Shown piece after piece: positions 1-7,734 of a stretch of 64,000 bases of DNA. The DNA comes from an uncultured Clostridia bacterium. GTDB lineage: Bacteria; Bacillota; Clostridia; Christensenellales; DTU072. Location: contig CAKQTC010000005.1 of NCBI GenBank assembly GCA_934274515.1, positions 77,193-141,192 of the forward strand, read 5' to 3'. Below the pieces are notes generated by a model. It was not told the DNA's origin. It saw nothing but the letters and a program-made list of their open reading frames with translations, and did not search any database. Numbering within the stretch: position 1 is the first letter of the stretch; every line of letters starts with the position of its first letter. The position numbers and the translations under genes were made by a program.

Positions 1-1159
1 TGCTTACTTCGTAGTTGCTGTACCCTGCAAGCAATGCCATTATGTCGTCTTTCTTTATATCGAGTCCTAAACCCTTTACAAGATCGAGAACTTTATCGAG
101 CGAAAGGTTTTTAAGGTCGTTTTGCGTAAGTCCCATTTTGTTGAGCATATCGGTAACGAGTTTTTTGAGATCCTGGCCCAACAAATCAGTCGGAAGTTTG
201 TCGATAACTTTGTTGTCCACGATTTGTACGCCGAGAGCCTTTAATATTTCGCCGAGTCTGTATTCGGTGATCATATAACTGTCGGCTTTTCCTCCCGTAC
301 CGTATGCCGCTTTGTATTCGTCGGTTTTCGTATAGTCTGACCAAGCCTTGCTTTTTTTAGTTTCTTTAATCGCTTTTTCAAGCAACTTGTCCGCGTCTTT
401 CTTCTGAGCCGCGTACTGTTCTCTCGTTTTGTAATAGGTAATGAGAATTTCGTTTGCTACGGGTACGCTGAAAATATAACCGTCGGCATAAAGTCCGTTT
501 TCTTTATAGACGTTGCCTTTTTCGCCGAACCAGTATTCCGGATTTCCTTCCGCGTCCGTGATGGGCGTTTTGCCGTATTCGCTGCCGTCGGTGTTTACTT
601 TGCCTTTTACTTCGGATTGATAACCTATGTTATATACTCTGCAAAACTCGTCTACCATACCGTTAAAATCGCCGGTAAGCGAACTCTTGCTCGTCCACGG
701 AAGATAATGGTTTATTTGGTAGTTGTATTCTTTGATGTCGAGATTCGGGTAGTCTTTAAGGTCAACTTCCGCCTCGTCTGCCAACCCGTTAAGGTCGCGT
801 ACGTAGTTTATCCTCGCCGCGTCTACCTGTTTTTCCGCCCATATATCGAAGTATACGGGACCGCCGACCATAATTATAAGCGTAAATATAATTACGATAA
901 CGCCGCGAGCGGTGCAGTTTTTCGTAACGATAGCCGCTATAATTTGAACAAGCGTAATTACGAGCCACGCGGCAACGCAGACGATAACGCCGTAATACTT
1001 GACCAGTCCGTTAAATCCCGTACCGCTGATAAACGGTATGGAAAAAATGAACGTAACCAAAATCAACAGCGGAAAACCTGCGACGTACGAGAGAGCCCCT
1101 AACACGCGATTTCTGTCGCGCTTAGCGATGACTTTCTTTGCGTTGATTTTTGCATCCAT
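1..1159 (-). CDS. hypothetical multi-pass membrane protein; C-terminal end lies beyond the window edge
   Basis: Missing from the ORF track because the frame has no stop inside the window. ATG at 1159-1157 (minus) with AAGGAGA at 1171-1177. Hand translation MDAKINAKKVIAKRDRNRVLGALSYVAGFPLLILVTFIF... stays open down to base 2 (...DIKKDDIMALLAGYSNYEVS). Several hydrophobic helices in the first ~110 aa, then a hydrophilic domain. Confidence 0.7.
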   Translation of the reverse strand, partial: MDAKINAKKVIAKRDRNRVLGALSYVAGFPLLILVTFIFSIPFISGTGFNGLVKYYGVIVCVAAWLVITLVQIIAAIVTKNCTARGVIVIIFTLIIMVGGPVYFDIWAEKQVDAARINYVRDLNGLADEAEVDLKDYPNLDIKEYNYQINHYLPWTSKSSLTGDFNGMVDEFCRVYNIGYQSEVKGKVNTDGSEYGKTPITDAEGNPEYWFGEKGNVYKENGLYADGYIFSVPVANEILITYYKTREQYAAQKKDADKLLEKAIKETKKSKAWSDYTKTDEYKAAYGTGGKADSYMITEYRLGEILKALGVQIVDNKVIDKLPTDLLGQDLKKLVTDMLNKMGLTQNDLKNLSLDKVLDLVKGLGLDIKKDDIMALLAGYSNYEVS

Positions 1160-1231
1160 AGAAAATTTGTTCTCCTTTTCTTAATTTCTGCTATTATATA
1201 TATTTATATAATTTTAAGACTATCTTAATAG

Positions 1232-1261
1232 AGTATACTACACATACGCCATAAAAGTCAA
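1232..1261 (-). promoter_or_regulatory. candidate sigma-A type promoter for the 1-1159 gene
   Basis: On the minus strand, TTGACT (1261-1256), an 18-nt spacer, then TATACT (1237-1232), about 70 nt upstream of the ATG. Confidence 0.35.
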
Positions 1262-1320
1262 TACTTATAATTTAGAAAGAACGAAGCCTTTTTATTTCTT
1301 TTTCCGCATTATCGCTCCGT

Positions 1321-1337
1321 CGGGCGGGCGGGTGGGG
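1321..1337 (+). repeat. G-quadruplex-type 17-mer CGGGCGGGCGGGTGGGG, copy 1 of 2
   Basis: The exact 17-mer recurs at 44356-44372. Four G-runs separated by 1-nt loops. Lies in a divergent intergenic region. Confidence 0.5.
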
Positions 1338-1600
1338 CGACGCGGTACGTTTTACGGAATAAATATCAAAAAAACCGATTTTTCTTCTCGTTTATAACCA
1401 AAACTCTTGATTTTCGGCTCGCAAAAATTCTTTTACGCTCACAAAACAAATTCACGCGCTCTGCAGAATATTTACCGCTTGCTTCGCAATGTTGCTTTTA
1501 CATAGTTTAGGTGTCTTATTTGTCGCAAACGGGATATTATACTTGTATTTTTTGTTATGCTTTCGAGTAACGACGATGACGATGCCTTTATTTTTCCGCA

Positions 1601-1629
1601 TTGAAAAAAAATTGATTTCGTGTTACAAT
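1601..1629 (+). promoter_or_regulatory. candidate sigma-A type promoter upstream of the sigma-1 operon
   Basis: TTGAAA (1601-1606), a 17-nt spacer ending in TGT (extended -10), then TACAAT (1624-1629). Confidence 0.45.
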
Positions 1630-1651
1630 TTTCTCGAAAAAAATTTTTTTC

Positions 1652-1686
1652 GCAACAAAACGGCGACGTGCGCCGTTTAATAAGCG
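1652..1686 (+). promoter_or_regulatory. ECF-type promoter motif 1, copy A (GCAAC-N17-CGTTTAATAAGCG)
   Basis: GCAAC at 1652-1656 and CGTTTAA at 1674-1680, 17-nt spacing. 31 of 35 positions match copy B at 3586-3620. Fits the AAC-N16/17-CGT pattern of Bacillus ECF promoters. Lies 23 nt upstream of the sigma gene ATG. Confidence 0.55.
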
Positions 1687-1708
1687 GAAGAACGAATGAG
1701 ATGACGGT

Positions 1709-2218
1709 ATGAACGACAAGCAACTGGCGCGGCTACTGCAAGGCGTTGCCGAAGGCGACGGGAATTCTCTCGGCACGCTCTACGAAAAGACGAAGAGGGG
1801 CGTGTTTGCTTTCGTGTATCCTTATTTTAATTCTTTCGCCGACGCGGAAGACTGCGTCGAGGACGTTTTTCTTAAAATAACGAAATACGCCTACACGTTT
1901 AAGCCTACGGGAAGCGCGCGCGGATGGATATTGCAAATAGCAAAAAATACCGCTCTCGACCAAACGGAAAAGCGCAAAAGAACGGTTTATACCGATAAAA
2001 TCCCCGAACGGAGCGAACCTGAGAGAGATTTTACGGTTTTTGAAACGCTTAACACCGCCCTTGCCGAAGACGAACGTTACGTCGTGACGGCGCACGTCTT
2101 ATGGGGGTACAAACATAAAGAAATAGCCGAGTTGCTCGGTTGTCCCGTCGGTACGGTGACTTCCAAATATAAACGCGCGATAGCAAAACTGCAAATAGCG
2201 TTAAAGGAGAAAGAATGA
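1709..2218 (+). CDS. ECF-type (group IV) sigma-70 family RNA polymerase sigma factor, module 1
   Basis: 169 aa. Region 2 (DAEDCVEDVFLKITKY...ARGWILQIAKNTALD) and region 4 HTH (YKHKEIAELLGCPVGTVTSKYKRAIAKLQ) only. Stop overlaps the next start (ATGA at 2215-2218). Confidence 0.9.
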   Translation: MNDKQLARLLQGVAEGDGNSLGTLYEKTKRGVFAFVYPYFNSFADAEDCVEDVFLKITKYAYTFKPTGSARGWILQIAKNTALDQTEKRKRTVYTDKIPERSEPERDFTVFETLNTALAEDERYVVTAHVLWGYKHKEIAELLGCPVGTVTSKYKRAIAKLQIALKEKE

Positions 2219-3576
2219 AATCGTGGAAAAAAAGACTTTTTGACGAACTCGGCGAGATGACGCCGAAAGCGGACGAACGGTTTGCGACAAACGGTTCTCC
2301 TTCGCCGAAAAAAAGTTTCTCTCTCAATAAAAAACGTTTTGCGGCTGCGGTTGCGTCCCTTTCCGTCATCGCCGTAATAGCCGTCGTGCTTTGCGTGACG
2401 CTTATTTCGCCGAGCGGTTCCGGCGCTATTGCCGATAAATCGATTTTTCTTACCGTAGAAATAAACCCCGAAGCGGTTTTCTCCGTGAATAAAGACGGTC
2501 TTGTGGACGCCGTAATCGCGCTTAACGGCGACGCCGACGTCGTTCTCAATTCAAAAAATTCGCCCGTTCTTATAGGCAAACCCGTTTCCGACGCGTTAAA
2601 TTCTTTTCTTGAAGAAACCACTCGTTTAGGGTTTATCGACCCTTACGAGTTGTCCGCCATACGCGTTTCGGCAAGCGAGGACAAATCGCATTCCCTGCCT
2701 GCCATCACCGCGTCGGTAGAAAACTATTTTCGATTGAACGGCTCGAAAACTCTCGTTGCCGACAAGGTTATATCCCGTGACGAACTGTCGAAAAAATGCG
2801 GTTTGCCCGACGGTTCGGACTTAGCCGCCGGAATAAAAAGTCTCTCGCCGTCTTATGCCACGCGAGCGGCAGCCTCTCTCGATGAAAACGCACTCGAAAC
2901 TCTTTACAAAAACGAGTTCGTTCACGGACAAATTAAAACGATTTTATCCGAAAGCATATCTTCTCTTCCCGATAAACTCGCGAAAATCTCGGGTCTTTTA
3001 GACGATATAAAAAGAGGTAACGACAACATACGCGACCACCGCGACAATCCGCTTATTTTTGTCAAAGATTTTTGGTCGGTGAAAAATTCCGGTTACGAAT
3101 TAACAGGCGAGTTTGCCTCTCTCGTAAAAGAAACGGACGATAAATTAACCGAATATACACGTCTTACGGGCAAAAAAATAAATTCTTATTCCGAATTCGT
3201 GATTGCAAGCGAAACGTTTTCCGCCTTTTACGCAACGGTTCCCGTAGACCTTATTAAAAGGCTGTCCGTTTTTATGTCGGACGCGGACTTCGATTATTAC
3301 GTTGACAAATTGCTTGACCTGCTCGACAAGGCGGGAGATAAAACGGGGAAAATTATCGGAGAACTTCTGTCCGTGGACAAACTCGATTTCGATAAATTTT
3401 CTTCTTGCGTTTCAACGGTTTACGAACAAGCGAGAGAAACTCGGTTAATCGCGTTCGGCGAAAAGTTTTCCTTGGACAGGGCGGAAATAAGCGGCGAAGA
3501 ATACGGCTCGTTTATCAAAAAAGTCGTCGCCGAATACGGCTCGTTGGACGCATATTACGAATTTTTGAAAAAATAA
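2215..3576 (+). CDS. single-pass membrane protein, candidate anti-sigma factor of module 1
   Basis: 453 aa with a 4-nt overlap onto the sigma gene. About 40 aa cytoplasmic N-terminus, one TM (AAAVASLSVIAVIAVVLCVTLI), then a large outside domain starting SIFLTVEINPEAVFSVNKDGLVDAVIALNGDADVVL, reminiscent of RsgI-type anti-sigma middle domains. No HxxxCxxC zinc motif. The role is inferred from position and topology. Confidence 0.65.
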   Translation: MKSWKKRLFDELGEMTPKADERFATNGSPSPKKSFSLNKKRFAAAVASLSVIAVIAVVLCVTLISPSGSGAIADKSIFLTVEINPEAVFSVNKDGLVDAVIALNGDADVVLNSKNSPVLIGKPVSDALNSFLEETTRLGFIDPYELSAIRVSASEDKSHSLPAITASVENYFRLNGSKTLVADKVISRDELSKKCGLPDGSDLAAGIKSLSPSYATRAAASLDENALETLYKNEFVHGQIKTILSESISSLPDKLAKISGLLDDIKRGNDNIRDHRDNPLIFVKDFWSVKNSGYELTGEFASLVKETDDKLTEYTRLTGKKINSYSEFVIASETFSAFYATVPVDLIKRLSVFMSDADFDYYVDKLLDLLDKAGDKTGKIIGELLSVDKLDFDKFSSCVSTVYEQARETRLIAFGEKFSLDRAEISGEEYGSFIKKVVAEYGSLDAYYEFLKK

Positions 3577-3585
3577 TTTTTCTTT

Positions 3586-3620
3586 GCAACAAAACGCCGC
3601 GTTGCGCCGTTTAATAAGCG
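3586..3620 (+). promoter_or_regulatory. ECF-type promoter motif 1, copy B
   Basis: GCAAC at 3586-3590 and CGTTTAA at 3608-3614, with the same 17-nt spacing as copy A. Sits in the 73-nt gap between the anti-sigma stop and the lipoprotein ATG. Confidence 0.55.
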
Positions 3621-3649
3621 AAAAATCCATTACAAGGAGATTATTGAAA

Positions 3650-5182
3650 ATGAAAAGGAAACACTTAACGATTATCGTTGCGAGCGCGCTGCTCGCCTGT
3701 TTACTGCTCGTCGGGTTTGCCGGTTGTTCGGACAAGTCCGCGCGTAAATCCGATTCTTTCGTCCGTCTTGACGTCAACCCGTCGATAGAGTTGGTTGTGG
3801 ACGCAAACAATAAAATCGTATCCGTATACGGCGCGAACACCGACGGAACGGTTCTTTTGTACGGCGAAAAAGCAAATCTCGTCGGAAAAGATTTCGACGA
3901 AGTAATCGGAAAACTCACCGATATGGCGGTTAAACTCGGCTATTTGGACGAAAACAACAAAGTAGTTCAATACACCGTTTCTTCCCCCGACGGAGAAAAA
4001 GCGGAAAAAGCACTCTCCGCGTCCATTGACGCGAAAGTCACCGCTACCGCGAAAAGTCTCGGTCTTACCGTCAGCACCGATGCGTCGGGCGCGTACTCCC
4101 TTCTCCGTAGATTTAACGAGTTCAAACAAACTCACCCGGACAACAAAGCCGTACAAAAAATGAGCGTGGCGGAGTTCCGTCTTGCGTTAAGCGCGGCGGA
4201 AACCGGCGAAATCACTTTGGAAGCGGCGGTTGAACTCAACGATGAAGAACTTGTAAAAATCATTAAAAAAGCAAGCGAAGACCTTAAAGAATTCGCTACA
4301 AACGAGTATCAAGCGGCGGTTGCCATTGCCGAAAAAACCTACGAAGCGGCTGTGAGTGCGGCTCTTGACGGAATATACGCGACGTATTACTCCTCGCACT
4401 TTACATCGCACCCCTCGACTTGGTATTACGGATACGTTTACCAAATGTACGCGACTGCGGCGCACGGAACGAAAGCCCTCGAAGGAATGTTTATGCTCAA
4501 AGAAAAAATCTCCGCGATTACGCTCGGCGACGACGCGGTTAAGGCAGTACTTACCGCTCTCGGATTGACCGAAAAAGACGTGGACCTTATCAAAGACGCG
4601 GACGGCAACGTAACTCTCGAAAGCGTTTATGCGTACGCCGACAAGGTATTCAAAAACACAAAACCCGGAGCGGAGTTGGAACAACTTAAACTCAAACTCG
4701 ACGCTGCGCTTAAGAGTGCGGAAACTTATTTCGGAGAAGAAAAGGCGCGTATCTTAAAAGAATACGAACCTCAAATCACCGCGGTATACAACGCGGCAGT
4801 CGCCACCGCGAATGCGGTAAAAGCGTTAATCAATAACCCTACCGCCGCGCTTATCCCCGACAACGTAAAAGCGATAATCAACGAAATGATTGCCGCTTCG
4901 GAAGAACTTAAAAATACTTTGACGAAAGAAAACGTCTCCGCGCAAGACGTGAAAGCGCTTTCCGAAAAATACGCAAAGAAAGCGAACGAAGTACTCGAAC
5001 TTATTAAAAACGACTTAACCGACAGCGAAAAAGCGGAAGTCGAGCGCATAAGAGCGAAAGCGGAAGAAGGACTTGCCAAAGTAAAACAAACGTACGACGA
5101 CGCTATGGCAAAAGCGGAACAATTCGCTCGCGACACCATAGAAAAACTCAGAAAAGAACGTCTTATCGATAACGCTAAGTAA
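3650..5182 (+). CDS. lipoprotein paralogous to the ectodomain of the 2215-3576 protein, with a long helical C-terminal part
   Basis: I prefer ATG 3650 (AAGGAG 12 nt upstream) over the track start 3584. N-terminus MKRKHLTIIVASALLACLLLVGFAGC is a lipobox signal peptide. FVRLDVNPSIELVVDANNKIVSVYGANTDGTVLLYG...KLGYLDENN aligns with the anti-sigma candidate's IFLTVEINPEAVFSVNKDGLVDAVIALNGDADVVL...RLGFIDP. The C-terminal half is rich in A/E/K. Confidence 0.8.
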   Translation: MKRKHLTIIVASALLACLLLVGFAGCSDKSARKSDSFVRLDVNPSIELVVDANNKIVSVYGANTDGTVLLYGEKANLVGKDFDEVIGKLTDMAVKLGYLDENNKVVQYTVSSPDGEKAEKALSASIDAKVTATAKSLGLTVSTDASGAYSLLRRFNEFKQTHPDNKAVQKMSVAEFRLALSAAETGEITLEAAVELNDEELVKIIKKASEDLKEFATNEYQAAVAIAEKTYEAAVSAALDGIYATYYSSHFTSHPSTWYYGYVYQMYATAAHGTKALEGMFMLKEKISAITLGDDAVKAVLTALGLTEKDVDLIKDADGNVTLESVYAYADKVFKNTKPGAELEQLKLKLDAALKSAETYFGEEKARILKEYEPQITAVYNAAVATANAVKALINNPTAALIPDNVKAIINEMIAASEELKNTLTKENVSAQDVKALSEKYAKKANEVLELIKNDLTDSEKAEVERIRAKAEEGLAKVKQTYDDAMAKAEQFARDTIEKLRKERLIDNAK

Positions 5183-5204
5183 AAGTCTTTCTCAAAAATA
5201 CACG

Positions 5205-5233
5205 GACCGCCGTTTTTTCGGCGGTCTTTTTTT
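5205..5233 (+). terminator. intrinsic terminator after the module 1 lipoprotein gene
   Basis: GACCGCCG-TTTTTT-CGGCGGTC stem-loop followed by T7. Confidence 0.8.
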
Positions 5234-5296
5234 GCGGTAAAAACGCTTTTTCGTTGCGTGCGGCACGGCTGCTTTATCTCGGTCAAATTTAAGGTA

Positions 5297-5325
5297 TTGA
5301 CACTTTTCTCGTGTAATATTATAAT
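5297..5325 (+). promoter_or_regulatory. consensus sigma-A type promoter for the 5384 gene
   Basis: TTGACA (5297-5302), a 17-nt spacer, then TATAAT (5320-5325). Confidence 0.6.
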
Positions 5326-5383
5326 AGTTAGTATAATAATAATATAAAATTATGCAAATTTCGGCATAAAAAGAAGGTTAATT

Positions 5384-6427
5384 ATGAAACAGACGGAAAT
5401 TACAAAAATTCAAAAATTGCTCGATAAAGACGGCAATATCGCGCAGGCGGGTTTTGCGAAAAAACTGCTTTGGGAATACAATCGCGGAAACATAACCGCG
5501 AGAAAATCGCTTATTAAGGAATGGGATTACTATTATATCGGCAACGAAAAATGCGCGATATGTCTTACCATTGCGGATATGGGCTATATCGGCGCGCTTA
5601 GCGCAACGGTTATGGACTTCGAAGGAATATGGCAGATTACCAAAAGTTCGGTTATTCTCTTCCCGATGGGCAAAATTAAACTTCCGCGCACTTCCGTCGC
5701 AGGCGACAGCAAATATAAAAACGGCGAAGTCGAAATGACGTTCCTTAACGACGGTACAAAACGCAGAATTTACGGCAAATATCCGAAATTCGGCAAAAAA
5801 GGCGAACCGCTCGTATTCGACGTTACCCTTACCGACGTCCCGGAAGAAAGTATGGTCATCGCCACCCCGTTCGCAAAAAACGGCAGGTTTTATTATAACC
5901 AAAAAATAAACTGTATGACTGCAAACGGTTCTTTCTCTCTCGGTGAAAAAGAATATGTTTTAAGCAAAGATAACGGCGCAATGGCGACGCTCGACTGGGG
6001 TCGCGGCGTATGGACGTACGACAACACTTGGTACTGGGGAAGTTTGCAAACCGCCCTCGAAGACGGCTCGACTTTCGGGTTTAACATCGGTTACGGATTC
6101 GGAAACAACACCGAAGCCACCGAAAATATGCTTTTCTACAACGGGAAAAGCCACAAACTCGACGAAGTGACGTTTAACATTCCGAAGAAACCCGACGGCA
6201 GCGACGACTTTATGTCGCCTTGGACTTTCACTTCCAACGACGGACGGTTCTTTATGGACTTCACTCCGATAATCGACCGTTACGCACCCGTGGATATTAA
6301 GATTTTCTGTATGATTCCGCACCAAGTATTCGGTAAATTTACGGGAAAAGCCGTTTTAGACGACGGAACCGTTATCGAAATCAAAGACAAACTCGGATTT
6401 GCGGAAAAAGTACATAATAAATGGTAA
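5384..6427 (+). CDS. conserved hypothetical protein, possibly DUF2804 family
   Basis: 347-aa ORF with AGAAGG upstream. Soluble, with no signal peptide. Motifs KEWDYYYI and LDWGRGVWTYDNTWYWGS match my recollection of DUF2804. The family call is tentative. Confidence 0.75.
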   Translation: MKQTEITKIQKLLDKDGNIAQAGFAKKLLWEYNRGNITARKSLIKEWDYYYIGNEKCAICLTIADMGYIGALSATVMDFEGIWQITKSSVILFPMGKIKLPRTSVAGDSKYKNGEVEMTFLNDGTKRRIYGKYPKFGKKGEPLVFDVTLTDVPEESMVIATPFAKNGRFYYNQKINCMTANGSFSLGEKEYVLSKDNGAMATLDWGRGVWTYDNTWYWGSLQTALEDGSTFGFNIGYGFGNNTEATENMLFYNGKSHKLDEVTFNIPKKPDGSDDFMSPWTFTSNDGRFFMDFTPIIDRYAPVDIKIFCMIPHQVFGKFTGKAVLDDGTVIEIKDKLGFAEKVHNKW

Positions 6428-6611
6428 CGTTCGCCACCCGCTCGAAAGCCGCCGCCTTTTCTGCAACTTACTCCGCTTGGTATGTCGAGCGCAGTCGAAA
6501 CTTCTTGGCGATAGCCGCAATACAACGCAAAGCGTTGCCGCCGTGCCGACAGAGAAAGCATTTTTCCGCGATATACTTTGCTCGATTACAGGATGCCTCG
6601 TCACGTTGCCG

Positions 6612-6638
6612 ACAGCCTTCCCGTTGCGGGAAGGCTGT
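6612..6638. terminator. 11-bp GC-rich hairpin between convergent genes; weak terminator candidate
   Basis: ACAGCCTTCCC-GTTGC-GGGAAGGCTGT. Only TT follows on the plus strand and no T-run follows on the minus strand. Confidence 0.3.
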
Positions 6639-6664
6639 TTGATGAAAGACGCTGTGCCGAAATA

Positions 6665-7216
6665 TTAGCCGTTATTTTGTTTAAGTTGTTCGAGAATTTG
6701 TTTTAATAATTCTTCCGTGCTTTCGTTTGTTTGGGTTTCCGTAGCGGTTTGTTCGGGTTCCGCAACAGGCGTTTCTACGTGTTTTTCTTCAACGGGTTGT
6801 TCTTCTTTCGTTTCTTGCGGTTCTTCTTTTTTGATGACTTGTTTCAGCGCGCTTTCGGCTTTGTCTTTTGCCTTGTTTCCGGTTTCTTTAAGTTTATTAA
6901 ACAGTTTAATCAACAAGAAAAGCACGATTGCGGTGCAGAGAAAGGTTATTATAGCGGATATTACCGCGCCCCAGTCGAGTATAAGTGCCTCGGTGATTAC
7001 GTTGCCTGCTTCGTCGGTAACCGCCGGGCGAAGAACCGTTTGCAACGCGCCCGTGCCGTCCGCGCCGGGAATCCAGTTGATTAACGGGGTAAGAATTCCC
7101 TTGACGAGAGAATTTACAATTGCGGTGAACGCAGACCCGATAATCATACCTACGGCAAGGTCGAGCACACTACCGCGGTTGATGAATTCTTTGAATTCTT
7201 TGAGTAATTTTTTCAT
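6665..7216 (-). CDS. mscL: large-conductance mechanosensitive channel MscL with an extended acidic C-terminal tail
   Basis: Start moved to ATG 7216 (GGAG upstream). MKKLLKEFKEFINRGSVLDLAVGMIIGSAFTAIVNSLVKGILTPLI is the canonical MscL N-terminus and TM1. 183 aa. Confidence 0.9.
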   Translation of the reverse strand: MKKLLKEFKEFINRGSVLDLAVGMIIGSAFTAIVNSLVKGILTPLINWIPGADGTGALQTVLRPAVTDEAGNVITEALILDWGAVISAIITFLCTAIVLFLLIKLFNKLKETGNKAKDKAESALKQVIKKEEPQETKEEQPVEEKHVETPVAEPEQTATETQTNESTEELLKQILEQLKQNNG

Positions 7217-7268
7217 ATTATCGCTCCGTATGACAGAATTAATCGGACTTTTCGTCCAACCGTGTACA

Positions 7269-7297
7269 ATTATAATACTTTCTATGTCTTTCGGCAA
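7269..7297 (-). promoter_or_regulatory. candidate sigma-A type promoter for mscL
   Basis: On the minus strand, TTGCCG (7297-7292), a 17-nt spacer, then TATAAT (7274-7269). Confidence 0.45.
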
Positions 7298-7390
7298 GAA
7301 AATTTATTTTTTTTGTTACAACCCTAATTTCTACCGTACGAAAAATCGCAAATATGTTATACTTAATAAAAAAAGGAAAATCGTGCAAAA

Positions 7391-7588
7391 ATGAAAATCG
7401 TTTTTAACCCCGACGAAAAAATCGTCGCCGTCGTAAAAGAAGGGCTTCGCCGTACGGGCGGTTACTGTCCGTGCAAGCGCGAGCGCACCGAAGAAAACAA
7501 GTGTATGTGCAAGGAATTTCGCGAACAAGTCGCGGACCCGAACTTCGAAGGGTTTTGCCACTGTATGCTTTACTACAAGTATAAATAA
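7391..7588 (+). CDS. small ferredoxin-thioredoxin reductase catalytic-subunit-like protein
   Basis: 65 aa with three CxC motifs: CPC (26-28), CMC (38-40) and CHC (56-58). This is the signature arrangement of the FTR beta-chain family. AAAGGAAAA lies upstream. Confidence 0.7.
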   Translation: MKIVFNPDEKIVAVVKEGLRRTGGYCPCKRERTEENKCMCKEFREQVADPNFEGFCHCMLYYKYK

Positions 7589-7669
7589 CCGCGTCCGTCG
7601 TTTTCCGTTGCTATACCGCTCGTCCCGTCCTATGCTATCGATGGGGCTTTTATCTGTGCCAAACAAAAA

Positions 7670-7703
7670 ATGCCGTTAAGAACCAAAATTTTCTTAACGG
7701 CAT
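7670..7703 (-). terminator. intrinsic terminator after giant gene 1 (bidirectional hairpin)
   Basis: Perfect 13-bp stem ATGCCGTTAAGAA/TTCTTAACGGCAT. On the minus strand it is followed by TTTTTTG. On the plus strand it also lies downstream of the 7391-7588 gene. Confidence 0.8.
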
Positions 7704-7734
7704 ATTTCATATAATCGGTTTATACTATAAGCGG

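Noticed and set aside
1489-1776. Small ORFs in the divergent region upstream of sigma 1: 1489-1680 (+), 1472-1723 (-) and 1588-1776 (-).
   Set aside because: They have no SD and overlap the promoter motifs and the sigma gene start. Their composition is typical of AT-rich intergenic read-through.
3584-3649. Upstream extensions of track ORFs: 3584, 7297, 39677, 40453, 57130, 59320, 62270 and 38069.
   Set aside because: In most cases an internal ATG has a good SD and yields a canonical N-terminus (lipobox signal peptide, MscL, EcfT, TruA or M18 start), while the extension is R/S/F-rich junk. ecfA1 is the exception: it remains ambiguous and is flagged in the features.
6428-6664. A 237-nt non-coding spacer between the DUF2804-like gene and mscL, with small ORFs (6399-6668, 6421-6642, 6280-6561, 6356-6604). 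I checked it for a tRNA, riboswitch or small RNA.
   Set aside because: I saw no cloverleaf and no known riboswitch core by eye, and the ORFs have no SD. Only the 6612-6638 hairpin is reported. A covariance-model scan (Rfam/Infernal) would be needed to exclude an ncRNA.
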